Origin: Sphaerodactylus townsendi
Lineage: Eukaryota
NCBI RefSeq assembly: GCF_021028975.2
Contig: NC_059430.1
Span: 70,928,001 to 70,992,000 of the forward strand
Direction: 5' to 3'
Length of the DNA stretch: 64,000 nt
The number at the start of each line of letters is the position of its first letter. Position 1 is the first letter of the stretch. The position numbers and the translations under genes were made by a program. Of this stretch, positions 50,844-63,500 are shown piece after piece. The notes beneath the pieces were generated by a model. That model made no database searches, was not told where the DNA came from, and saw nothing but the letters and a program-made list of their open reading frames with translations.

Positions 50844-51125
50844 TGCGTGGCGTAGTGGTTAAGTGCTTGCATTGCCACTCACACGGCCAGGAGTTTGAGC
50901 CCCCTGTGGGTCAGATATCCTGGCAGCTGGCTCATGGTCAACTCAGCCATCCATCCATTCCTTGGTTGGTAAATGAGAACCTAGCACATAGCTAAGAGGT
51001 AAAGAATAGCTGGGGAAAGCAATGGCAAACTACCCCACAAAAACGGCTTGCCTATGAAATCACTGCTTGCAGTGGTATCCCAGGGTCGGACACGACTGAA
51101 GGGGAAACTTTACCTTTACTTTACC
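50844..51125 (+). mobile_element. Sauria-type SINE inserted into a minus-strand 5S-derived SINE
   Basis: tRNA-like A box GTGGCGTAGTGGTTAA, core GTCAACTCAGCC...CCATCC...GGTAAATGAG, BovB-like GTCGGACACGACTGAA and an ACCTTT tail. Confidence 0.8.
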
Positions 51126-52866
51126 CTGCTTAGCTTCAGAGATCTGACAAGATTGACTAGTCTGGGCTAGACAGGTCACGGCATACTGTAAAGTACTCCT
51201 AGCCAATGGAAGGTTTGATAGTTTTAGATACATGCTGATTGTATGGTTATATGTGCATTCTGTTAGTTTGTGATCATATTATTTGGGGCACTACCTTTTC
51301 AACTGAGCTTTTAGCATTTGGCTAAAAAAATGAAATCTTTCATCTTTAAACCTTGCATAATTTATATCTCTGTGGTGTCAACTCTAGATATTTTTTTCCT
51401 ATGGTTTGGTTTCGACATTGAATCCAGTTGTTCTTGGTGTAGAGTATTTTTGTACAGCATTATCATCGTGTGTCCTGCCTGGAATACATCTTTTCATGAT
51501 GTATATGTATCTTTTGTTCAGCATAATTGACAGATGGGGGATTCTGAGTACATGAAGGTGATCTTTAGCAGTTTGGTGGAGAAGCCCAAACTATTGGTTT
51601 CATGAGAGCATGAACACCCATACTGAGGCCCAAACTAGTATTATTGCTGCAGTTATGTCTATGGGACTGCCCTTCTGCATTTTAGAACCAGCACAGTTTG
51701 CATTTGTTGTGCTAATTTGATGCAAAGGGAGACATTTTTATATAGAAGAGTTATGTGTTATTCATTTTTTGTAGCTGTAACATTACTTGATGAAGTTTGG
51801 AGTTGCAGGAATCTGCACATTCTGTAGAAGTGGAGGGGCATTAAAATAGCTTTCCTAGGCATTTTTGTACAGTGCTTGGGGAGACATCGATTGACCTAGA
51901 AAGTCTTACTGATGTTCTGGTTTATCTCTGGAATAGTTGTTAGACCTGAATTCTGTTCTTATCCAGATGTTGTTTTTCATTAATTTGAGAAAAGGTAGCA
52001 CTCTGATTTTCTAAAGTTTTAGTTGGGATTTTCACTTGAGAACAAGTAGTGGTACACTTGCGCTGAAAATTGTGTTGTATAATAAATGGTGTTAGATTAA
52101 GGCTAGGACACCAAGATTCCTGTCAGTTCTTTAAGCTTTGTGTGGACCATTGGTTCAGTCAGTTCTCTTTGTCTAATGTACCAACCAGGATTGTTCTGAG
52201 GAGAAAACTATATATGCTTCCCTTAGATGTTCAGAGGAAATATGATAAAAACATAATCAGTGAGTTTGAATGCACATTTTTTTGGTTATAAAATGATTGT
52301 TATAAAGTAATTGTGACTGTTGACCCTGTAGAACCTTCAGTTTTTTTTAAAGAAGTGTGTGTACGATAAAGGGCAGTCTGTAAAATCAAATAAATAAATA
52401 CTGATGTCCAAAACATCTATATAAAAAGTTACATTTGTATAAAAATAAATCAGTCAGAAAAAGATGCAGTAGTATTAAACCAGATAGGGCCCAGAACAAA
52501 ATTAAGCAACCAAAATGCATCAAAGATCTTAATACAGTTTTCATCTGGCACTAAAGGGATATAAAGTTACCACCAAATGTACATGTTTGGGCAAGGGCAT
52601 TTTAGAGGCCATGTCTACAGAAAGCCCTTGGCTGGCTCCCTCTACTGATAGGAGGAAACACTGAAACTGGGGACTGTTGAATGATAAGGTTGAATTAAAA
52701 GGGTCAAACATAATGGAAGTTACATGGACATTTAATTAATCACTCTATGCAAAGTTTTACTTTTTGTTAAGAATTCAGCTCTGTGCTCACTGATTATTCA
52801 AAATAAAGAATTTGGCCCTGCATAAACTTTACAACTTTAACTCTTTTTTTCTCCTTTTCTTTAAAG

Positions 52867-53133
52867 CCCAGCCTGAACGTTCGCCCCTGCCAAATGCTTC
52901 AGTCCTTGAAAAGTACAAGGAAGAAACTGGCAGAACACAAAATGGTCATGCAGGTCTGAGTAATGGAAGTGGAATTCACAATGGAATCAAACCTGTAGCA
53001 AAAGATAATAGAACATTCTCAGCACCAGTTTCCCAAAAAATGCACAGAAAAATTCAGTCCAGCTTGTCTGTTGGCAATGAAAGCAGCAAGAAAAGCTCTG
53101 CATATTCTCATAAGCCAGGCTCTTCTCCCGAAG
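52867..53133 (+). CDS. MDFIC: MDFIC internal coding exon (TQPERSPLP...NGHAGLSNGSGIHNG...DNRTFSAPVSQKMHRKIQSSLSV...GSSPE)
   Basis: Motifs SAPVSQKMHRKIQSSLSV and GSSPE match recalled MDFIC. Acceptor TTTAAAG|CC, donor AAG|GTAAGC, 267 nt, phase 1-1, in frame with the previous exons. Confidence 0.95.
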
Positions 53134-56009
53134 GTAAGCTTGAAATCTTAGAAGAAAACTGCACACAGTATAACCTGTTCTCACCAATAATTTCCCCATC
53201 AGCTAAAAATAATTGAAGAGCACAAGTTGTGTTCCAGAAGCAAATAGAGATAATCACAATGCAACATCTGTTACTTTCCCAACAGAAAATATTAGGTATT
53301 TGAAGAAATTGAAATTAAAGATTTCCTGTTTTCAAAATTTTATTTTATTTTATTACCATTCTTGATAATGTGTTTGGGTGGAGTTGTTGTAAATTGCTAA
53401 TTGTTTGGCAGTAACATTGAAGGTACATTGCTGAGTAAAAGCCTCAGCTTATCTGAGTGTTGGCAAATATTTAGCGTGCGGAATATTTCTGGATAAAAGT
53501 TATATTAAATATTGTATATTGTGACCAGAAGATATTTAGAACCTAGGCATTAATTATTGCCATGAATAATTCTGTCAATAAATAATTCTACTACTTTCTT
53601 GTCAGTACAGAATATTATCAAGGTAAATGCATTTAATTTCTGTTTTTGTGTGCTTGTTTTTGCTTTCACTATTCTCTGCAATTACTCTAATGGCCCTGGA
53701 GTTTCTTTTTAATCTGCCGCCATTCAGTCCTGTTATGTTCAGTAAACTGACCTTATATCTGTTAATATAAAAACTTGCAAATTTTCTTATTGATCAACAC
53801 ATCAACACCAACAGTTCAATCCTAAGTGGAGTTCCAGCCTTCCAGGACTATTGAAGAGTGTACCCAAGTTTAAGATTGCACTACAGGTGCCTGTGGTGGG
53901 TACAATGAGGAAAAGATTTGAAGAAGGAGAAAACCTAATGGTATAAATCATGGGCTTAAAAAATTTGTGTATTAAGTAAGATGGACTGGCTTCCTTGAGA
54001 CATAGGAGTGCTCAAAGGAAGTTGAGGAAAGGAGATGGATATACACTTTGGACTCCATAAGTAACTCCTCTGGATCTAGGGAAATATCCAGTTGAATTTT
54101 AACTGGGTTAAATGAGATCTGTGAAGCCTTTTCCCCAGTATATTTTGAGGATCAGTTTATTACTTTGCATGGGCTGATTTGTCGCTGTAGATTTATCCCC
54201 ATGAACTATTTCCTTGTCCTCCAGCTTCTCTTTCCTAAAGATTTGCATTACAGAATGTTGTAAAGTAACAAAACATTTTGTATTACAAGTTATTTCAGGT
54301 TCAACCATCCATCACTAACATGCCTTGGTATGGAATCTATGCAGTGTACAGCTGAAGTTTGTAATATAGCAGTAAATTCTCCTAATTAATACTGCTTCAT
54401 AAATCATGCATATTCAGAACTGTAAGGTGGTTTAGTATTCCCTAGACTATACCATTTCAGATGACATGTAGAGGATATCCTATTTCTTGTTCCCTCAAAT
54501 CTACCCCATCCCCAATTATGGGGGAAAAGTGAATAACACAGATTCTAACCTAAGCAATATGCTAGCTGTGCAGATTCTAACTGAAACAATAATCTAAACA
54601 ATATGCTAGCTGTGCTGGATCTTTGACCTATATGAGTCCCCTTTCTTTCTCACCTTCAGTTTTGAAGTGCTGCAGTCTCCCAAGAACTGTATATATGTGT
54701 TATTTCTAAATAGCTGAACTGGCTCCATGTTCTGTATATTGGATGATACATGATGTAGAGCCATGTAACGTACAGTTTAAAACTCTTTATTCTATTAAAT
54801 TGTAATTTTAGAGGTGAACAAATACCCTATAAATGCCCTATTGACTCTAATTAGTCTACAGCATTACCAATATTTGTTACATTTTAATTTCAAAGAGATT
54901 TGGAACTTCAAAAATTCCATCATGGAACTTTTAAAACTCTTGTTTTAAAAGCATATTTTCCTTAATATCACATTTTGGAATCCTGAAGGATAGCAGTGTG
55001 TCCATATCTGGGGTCTGTTGGGCAAAATTGGCTCTGGTTCATGAAAGCTGATGCCAGAATTACTTCATTAGTCTTTAGATATAGCTAGCTCCTCATAGCT
55101 GCAGTTCCAATTGTAATTAGGGTCTTCAGATACTTTTTTCTGGTTTTATAGCTAACATGCTTATTCATCTGTCATTCTTCAGCCTGCCTATCACAGTGAC
55201 TAGAAGACCAGGCACTAAGGCATAGTTTAAACATGGTGGTGGTGAGACAAGCTAACATAACCATGTGGCTTTCCCCAGGCCCAGGTAATTTGAATTGATC
55301 CCCTGAGTAAAGCTGTTAGATGTTTGTAGCATACCAGGGATCTGCACAAATCAAGCAGAGGTGGTATCCAACCAGTTCTCACCACTTCACCAATAGGGAC
55401 TGGAGGTGCGTGTGTGCGGCGGCGCCACTGTTTGAATCCCACCACCATTGGAATCTGTTATTAAATTTTTTGGATCCCACCACTGAAAGCATGCATAGCT
55501 ACTTTTGAAAGGGCAAAAGCCCAGTTTAAATGAGGAGTTGAACCTGTGCAAAGTCACCTTAGTGCATATGTAGATATCAAGTTATTTCTGACCTAAGGTG
55601 ACCCTATGAAATAATGCCCTCCAAAATGTCCTAACAGCTGTACTCAAGTCTTGTAGACAGAGGACCATGGGTTCTTTTATGGAATCAAATCATTTATTTA
55701 TTTATTTAGTTGATTTCTATCCTACCCTTCAAATGTGTGTTAACAACCAACTAAAAAATGCTTGCTACATTACAATAACACCATTCACAGATCAACTCCT
55801 AAAAACATACCTAAAAACAAAAACATACTTAAAACAAAAAATATACCCCCCCCCAAATACATACCAAACATACTTACCCTCTCTCTATCCTGCTCAGGTG
55901 CAAATGGAGGACTGGGGGGTGGGATAGATGGCATCAATGGACTGAGGGGTGGACCCCAATGGACTGGGGGGTTGGATAGATGGCATCAATCATTCAAATT
56001 CCCAGGCAT

Positions 56010-57078
56010 GCATCCAAGCCGGTATATTTATAAATACAAGGTATATGTGAGATATATTTCTGAGTTATATTAAGGCTAACAAATATATATGGTGTGGCGG
56101 AGGATAAAATGAGCTAACAGCAAGCCCAAAGAATAGCAAACAGTCAGTAAGAAATAAAACTACTCATTTGCTCCTTGATGTCCACACCCAAGCCAAAGCT
56201 ACAGTCAATAGAGTTGTAAATGTGAACTATCCCTTGAATTGAGATGCTGCAACCTTCCTTCCCTTCAGCTGTTCCTAAAAGCTCCTAAGTGCTCCCATCC
56301 CTGATTTAATCTTGCTGCCTCAGCTAAATTTCAATAGCCAGAGACTCGCTCTTTCGACCACCTGTTCAAGGTGTTACTAATGTAATCAAGGAAACAATTG
56401 GCTACCAACCCCTGGTGTTAGGAGAATAGATAGAGCTGCTGATTAGCTCAGCCCCGCAACCCAGCACAGCTGTAAGAAACAAAACCTAATGCAAAGGATC
56501 TCTTTTCCCGCCAAACTAGCGATCCACCCTATAAAAGCCCTGCTCACCTTAGTTCATTGCTCATTTCTAACCTGAACCTCCCTTGGTCAAGTTGGTGTGA
56601 GACACAATATCGTCTTTCTCCGGGACCTCTGTGCTGGCATAGAATCCCTGCCTTCTACTTCGTCTACTGCATTGGAACCATTAGGTAACTTATTACCCTG
56701 CTGCCTTCCCAATTCCCTCTTTATCATCCAAACCTATTTTTCTCACCTTTTTATATCTCTAGGAACTTATGTGTATGTGCCTCAATATCTTCCTGTATGT
56801 GTGTTTGAAACCAAATTTATATAAATATTTTAAACTCAATTTGGACTCCTTGTGTTACTCTGCAGAACGCTCCATGCTATATTTCCCCGTATACATAGTC
56901 TAAAAGATCCCCTCCCAGTCTGCCTCTTGCGTTGCCAAGTGAGCTATTTCCCCAAAGCATTGCCAAGCCAAGTTATTTTCCCCATCACCATTTTAAAGAT
57001 ATTCGTGTGCTGTTACACTCTTAGCAGCTGGTGGAGATTCCTTAAAAATACATTCACAACCTGTTAAGCTGGGTAACA
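56010..57078 (+). mobile_element. Solo ERV LTR, same family as 31918-33057 (5' boundary uncertain)
   Basis: Homology to the reverse complement of the 32-kb LTR, ending GTTAAGCTGGGTAACA. TATAAAA at 56530. Confidence 0.75.
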
Positions 57079-58329
57079 TGCTCTTTAACATGCTTTGCTG
57101 TTTTCCACCAGTCGAGCAATTTAAATGCCTTTTTCATGCTTTTCTGGCTTGGTTCTGGGCACTGTCATCTACGTTTGGGGTGCTGTGTCTCTGGGAGCTG
57201 GAACACTTAACCCACTACTGTTTTAATTTGGAAAATGTTGCTTTACGGCCCATAATCACTCAGTGTTTTTAGGATACAGGGTGCCTTAGTCTTCTATCTT
57301 TTAAAATAATCGTGGGTCCCTATCAATAGGTGCTTCTGTCTTGTTGGATCATATTTTTAGATCTTAATGACTTTGTTGCTAAAATGTAATTTCTAAATTT
57401 CAGTTTGCTCCTGATTTTGTAAACCTCTGCATCTTATTTGATGTAATTATTCTCAGCAAAGAAATTAGAATTGACTTCATTTTAATATGCAAAAAAATGC
57501 GTAAGCAGATAATGTAGCAGTTCAGTACACTGAAATGGATAGGGCTAGCATATTGTTTAATTGCAGCTGTCTGCCTGTGGTTGTCAGTTACTAATAAATG
57601 AGCTGCACTTGATGGGAGCAGATCCAAGTGTTTAAACTGTGGTGTACCCCAGTCAATGATGAAGTTTCAGATCTGGGGTAAAAAATGTCATAGCTGTATG
57701 AAGAGGAGTGTGGAATACTCTTTCATACTTTCTTCCCCCGGTTTGTTTTTTCCCTCGGCTGTACTGCTTTTACTGAAAATATTACAGAAGACGGAATGCA
57801 GGTGGTAACAAGTCAGTCATCACCAGCAGGAGAATAACTAAAAATCAGGTCATTCTATTCCACACGGATATGCCTCTGTTGTCATATATCAGCCTTGCTT
57901 TTCTGTTTCAAGAGCTCCCAGACTAGGTCATTTCAATCTTAAACTGTATAATTGACTAAGGACTTGGATCGTTCAACGACAAACCCTCAACCAATTGGCG
58001 CAGGGCTGTCTTGCGTTCCCAATGGTTCAGCTTCATCTTCCTCCTGCCCGCACGCACTCCCCCCCAACTGCCAGACCAAGCGACCACCCTCCCAAGCCCC
58101 CAGCAAGCCCTGCTCCCTCCCGAACAAAAAAACACAGCCCACTGACGACAAGCATCCCAATCTTCCATGCACACTCTCCCCTCCTCCCTGAAAGAATGAG
58201 CAGACAGAACAACACTTATCAACAGATTCCTCAACGCTCAGCAATGGCAATTGCTCCCACAAGTGAACCAGTGAGTTTCCCACATTTCTTCTCTTCAGCT
58301 GTGTTAATGTGTGTGAAAGCCATTCTCTG

Positions 58330-58850
58330 CATTCACAACATGGTTTGCCAACCTCCACATGGGGACTGGAGGTCATTTTGCTATTTAAATACATTAAATC
58401 TCCCATTTTGACACCACAGTGGATGTTTGTATGTATATTATATACATTTCTACACAAAAGTGTAAAAATGTGCTGTTATGTGTATTCAGACCTTGCTTTG
58501 CCAACCTCCAGGTGGGGCCTGGAGATGACTTTGCCATTTAGATAATCTCCCATTCTTGACCCATAAAATTAATGTTGGCTTGCATACCACATACATTTCT
58601 CCACAGAAAGCCTTACAGTGTACTGTTATGTGCATTCTAAACTTGGCTTGCCAAGGTCCAGGTGGGGCCTGGAGACCATTTTGCCATTAAGATACATTTA
58701 ATCTCCCATTCTGGGCCCATAAAATGAATGTTTGTGTGCATACCATATACATTTCTCCACAAACAAGTTTCAAATGTGCTATTATGTGTATTCAGAACTT
58801 GCCTTGCCAACCTCCTGGTGAGGCTTGGAGATCTGGAATTACAACTGCAT
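58330..58850. repeat. Degenerate tandem repeat, about 150-155 bp x3.5, built on a TTGCCAACCTCCAGGTGGGGCCTGGAGA module
   Basis: The module recurs near 58346, 58499, 58648 and 58804, and singly near 59814. Confidence 0.8.
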
Positions 58851-58870
58851 AGAAAACATAGAAAAGCATA

Positions 58871-59375
58871 GGCCCTTTCCGCATGGGCCAAAAACGACGG
58901 CCTGGGGGCAGTAAAAACGCCGCCCCCAGGCCGCTGTTCGCACAGGCGGCGCTGCTGCAACGCAACAGCGCCGACCTGACTTCACAGCTTCCCAGGCGTC
59001 TGTCGCTTCTAAACAACAACCCTTAAAGGGTTGTTGTTGGGGAAAGCGTTTTCCGGCGCTGGTGCTAACCGACCGCAGGAACATACGCCATTTTCACCGT
59101 TGCCGCGAAAGTATTACTCCCTGCCGTCCCTCCCACCTTGTCCCGTCGGAGGGCAGCGCGGCGGCTTCGACCGCCAGCAGTCCTCCGACCCTGGACGCAC
59201 GGGACAAGGTGAGTGGGACGGGGCATGGGGAAGAGGCGGCTCCGTGCGGAGCCGCCTGCCGTTTGCCGGCCTCTGCTGAGGCCGCCCGCATGCGTGCATG
59301 CGAACGGCCTTCGCCTCCACGCCGGCGGAATTCTTGCCGGCGTGGAGGCGACAGGGAGGCCGTGCGGAAACGGCC
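58871..59375. mobile_element. PIF/Harbinger-type MITE (copy 3)
   Basis: TIRs GGCCCTTTCCGCATGG / CCGTGCGGAAACGGCC and TSD ATA/ATA. Confidence 0.85.
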
Positions 59376-59672
59376 ATAGAAAACAGATTCCCTGGAGAAA
59401 ATGACTTCTTTTGCGGGTGGTCTCTACAGCTTTACAATGTCGTGAAAACTTACTTCCTCCTCAAACCCTGCTGTGACTAGTGACCTTCCCTAAATCTCCA
59501 GGAATTTCCCAACTTGAAACTGGCAATCTTACCCCCCAAATCTCCAAAAATTACTTAGGGAAAACCATGTCACTCTCTTTCCAACACTCCCTCATCAAAT
59601 CTGGCTGTACAGCCTGTTTCCACTCCATTCAACAAAGTCAGACACACACTAGAAAACATTCAGTACTGATGT

Positions 59673-59800
59673 ATTGTCGAAGGCTTTCACGGCCGGAATC
59701 ACTGGGTGCTGTGTGGTTTCTGGGCTGTATTGCCATGTTCTAGCAGGACAGAATGCTGCTAGAACATGGCCATACAGCCCGGAAACCACACGGCACACCA
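59673..59800. mobile_element. Palindromic Penelope-like terminus
   Basis: TGTCGAAGGCTTTCACGGCCGGAATCAC, as at 39363, followed by a fold-back GTGGTTTC...TTCTAGCAG / CTGCTAGAA...GAAACCAC. Confidence 0.75.
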
Positions 59801-60119
59801 TTCAGTAGTGAGCTTGCCAACCTCCAGGTGGGACCTGGAGATCTGTGATACAAGTACAAACTTCACATGGATGTAAATAAGACACAAAACCTTAAAACTT
59901 TAGTTGAAGCAATCTTATTTGTATGTGTACAGTCTTCTTGGTAATTTAGATGGGAAAGCAGACCTGTAATATAAACAGAGTTAATATTAGTGATACATTT
60001 TCAAGTTGAATCAAACCATTTTACAAACTAACATGTTCTGGAGAACCTTGAGCACTTGGTGCCAAGTAGCTTGATTCCCTACTGATTTAAGCAGATGCTG
60101 CCTCACTACTGTGTTCTCC

Positions 60120-60153
60120 TTCTATGCCTATTAAAGGTTAATAAAGATAAAGA
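60120..60153 (+). mobile_element. 34-bp extreme 3' remnant of an RTE-X-like LINE
   Basis: ATGCCTATTAAAGG plus (ATAAAG)n between 13-bp TSDs TACTGTGTTCTCC. Confidence 0.7.
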
Positions 60154-60507
60154 TACTGTGTTCTCCACTGTCTATAGCCTGTTGTATTGTTCAACACAAC
60201 AGGCTTTACTGCTACTTTATGAAAAAAACAGGCTACTTTAATTTAGTATAGCTTTGGGCCAATTTATACATTGCATCTACCACATGGTTGCTATGGGGAC
60301 TTGCCCAGTTGAGATTGGGACTGGGGGTGGGGCAAATCTGCCTTCTTTTATGCCATTTCTCTAACCCAGATTGGCCTGTGTTGGCACTTTTTTGTCCCAC
60401 CTTGGGGCCTGCACATTCAGAATTCAGTATAAATCTTCTCCCTAACTGGGCAAGTAGTGCCCCCTGAGACTTTTTTTGGGTTGGGGAAACTGCCTCGATG
60501 TGAGGGA

Positions 60508-60766
60508 CCTGGATAGCTTTAAAAAGGGCTTGGACAGATTTATGGAGGAGAAGTCGATCTATGGCCACCAATCTTGATCCTCCTTGATCTCAGATTGCAA
60601 ATGCCTTAACAGACCAGGTGCTCAGGAGCAGCAGTCGCAGAAGGCCATTGCTTTGACATCCTGCATGTGAGCTCCCAAAGGCACCTGGTGGGCCACTGCA
60701 AGTAGCAGAATGCTGGACTAGATGGACTCTGGTCTGATCCAGCAGGCTAGTTCTTATGTTCTTATG
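60508..60766 (+). mobile_element. CR1 3' end
   Basis: ORF2 end LDSFKKGLDRFMEE and a 3' UTR ending in (TTCTTATG)2. Confidence 0.85.
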
Positions 60767-61589
60767 AGGGGCAAGAGCCCTCCTTCCTCCCTTCTGTGCT
60801 GTGGTCACAATTGCAGTTGAGCCCCTGCGGCATTTTTAAATTGAGTTTCTGTGGTAAACTCTCAGATGTTGTATTGCTACAAGTTACTATGGACCTTAGT
60901 AACTGTAGTCTGATGTTTAATTTTCTGAGTTCTGTGTTCCACTTCTTTTCTCTATAAACAAAGTATGAAGTATAACTCTTGCTTTGGTCAAGAACGTATT
61001 TTTAATGGGTTTTGAACATGTTCCTACTGCTTTACCAGTGATATACAAAATACAACAATCATTTTCTAATGTTGTACATTTAAAAATGACAAAGCAGTTA
61101 CTTGAGTCAGCTTATATTGGAAGCTACTTGCTGCTTGTTTGTTAGAGAATTTTTGAGGCTTGACTTTAACTGGAATTCAATTTATTCTTCACTTGCTTGA
61201 CTATATTTTTGTCTGCTATACAAATCTTGTAACCCCTGCTGAGACTTCTGCTCCTGTCTCTGCATGGGCCTTGAGTAAAGCCTTGCTGAGGTCTTCAGCT
61301 GCCACTTTGATAAGAGGATTTGACTGTTTGATTCTTGCTGTGAAAGAGCATGATGCTTAAGAGGTTGTTTTTGAGTGTCCTGATCTCTGTGACGATAGCT
61401 GTCTAAAATTTGACCAAGTTCAGTGTTTCTGTAAATTGAGCGTTTTTGCCATTAAACCCAAATAAGGAAACAGTGTTCAAATGTTAAATTTCATCTGCTA
61501 AACAAAAAAAGTGTAAATTGACTAGCATGGATGGGAATGGTAACTAACATAATAATTAAAAAATGGGCAGCTGGGAAATCGCAGGCACC

Positions 61590-61830
61590 CTAATCTAGCA
61601 TCTGTCCTAGGTAAATAGTTGGAAAGAATTATTAAAGCCAGAATTACTAAACATGTAAGGAAGAACAAGCTTTGCTTAGAGAGAATCAGCATTGCTCCAG
61701 CATAAGAAAACTTGTTTTGCCAACCTCGTAGAATTCGTTGATAGTAAAAGCAATCTAGCACACACTTTATTTGCATTCATTAGAAACTTTTGTCAACGAA
61801 ATTAAGAATAGGGTATCCCAGTGAAACTTT
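61590..61830 (+). mobile_element. Old CR1 RT fragment
   Basis: LASVLGK*LERIIKARITKH...ENQH-like remnants. Confidence 0.6.
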
Positions 61831-62859
61831 TGATAGTTTCTGAAAGCTGCCCTTTTGCAGACAACTTTTAGGGCTAAACTAAATCAGACACCATTCCCAT
61901 GGATGGTATCTTATTTTGTAGAGTTGGGGAACACCTTCTAAGAGTCATGGTGGCTTGATGGGTGGGACTCCTGCATTTTCTTCCATGCTGTTCTTATGAC
62001 CTGAAGCAGAATTGAGGGTTATAATTTGCCAATATCCCTGTGGTTCTATTTCAATTCACAAAAATGGTGTAGAGGAAAGCTGAACCCTTCCTCCTCATGC
62101 CAGAGTGATTCAATCAGAATCAGGTTCCAACAGTCTTCTTAAAAGGCATTCCCTGACTCCACAAAATAGAAATGTGTCACTAGTGGTAGTATCTTGTCTA
62201 GTGTGGTCCTGTCTGTAGTTTTAAAGGTAGCTACTGTTGAATTGTGGAGCTTCTGTTTTATGATACAGACTTCTGTTTTTAAATCTGTTAGCCTACGTTC
62301 ATTGCAACTTGGGGACTGAGAGTTAGAATAGAGGTTCATTTGCATACTCCCCACCCTGCTGCCTGATTCAAGTAGTTTCAAAATTAGTATTAATAACCCT
62401 GAGGTTGGTTGTCATTGAGAGCTCCATTGTTCATGACGAGACCTCCATGATAGGAACAGTTCAGGGCCTCATGGCTATTATGATAGAATGGTCTTTCTCA
62501 GAACACAGATGCCACACTAGGTTCAATTTAATCTCAGGGTGCCATTGAAGTACAATTTGGCCCTTGTTTAATTAACGGCTTTCAATTACTGAGACTGTTG
62601 ATTCTGAACAGCTGCTTAGGTATGCAGCCCACCATTTCTAGACCCAAGTCTTTCCCTTGGTAGTTGATAGGGTTGGATGAGAGGTTTCAAGAGGTAATAT
62701 TTCTACTAAGTTTATATTGTGATTTTTCCTCTGTTTTCTGTTTTGATGTAGTTGTAAAATGAGTGTATAATTCATATTATTCTATGAAAAGAAAGAGGTG
62801 GCTGTGAGATCCTGACTTGCCATTAGAGGCTCAGGTGTCTTCTTGTCACATAATGCTCT

Positions 62860-63500
62860 TTAGTAACTTTGTCTGGTACACCATCTGTGACTTCAAAGTC
62901 ATAGTCATGCCATGGTGATCCATTCTTTGACCAAAACCAGGTTATAGTAGTACAGTGTCCATGGGCTATAGTGTTCTGTACTGTAGTGTCCTGTGGAACT
63001 GTCTGGAAACCTCCAATTGGTCCAGTATATGGCAGCCATCTTTATTGTCCAAGACTTGTTCATGTCCAGAATGATTTCATCACTGTGGTGAAAGATCTAC
63101 ACTGGCTACACTACACTACACTACACTACACTACACTACACTACACTACACTACACTACACATTTGGCTACACTACACATTTGTTTCCAGGCACAGTTTT
63201 AAGTTCTGGTCCTTAAGATCCTAAACTATTCAAGGCTGAGGTTCGTGAAGGACCTTGTTCCATTCTGCTCAGTTAACTGGTTAAAATTAGCTTTTCAAGT
63301 GCTGCTGTCTGTCCCTGCCTGTAGAGGTGAGGTGGGTGGCAACTAGAAATAGGACTTCTTGGGTGATGGCAGTATACCTTTGAAATGTCCTTGAGTGTCA
63401 CCTGCCACTTACGACTGTCTTTTATTTGTCAGACTAAAACATTTCTTTTAACCTAGAATTTTAATTAAGGGGTTTTATTTGGCTTTGTTTGTAATGATAG
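62860..63500 (+). mobile_element. Old L2 3' fragment containing an (ACTAC)n microsatellite at about 63107-63160
   Basis: LHWL remnant, decayed L2-type C-terminal and 3' sequence, pentanucleotide repeat. Confidence 0.5.
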
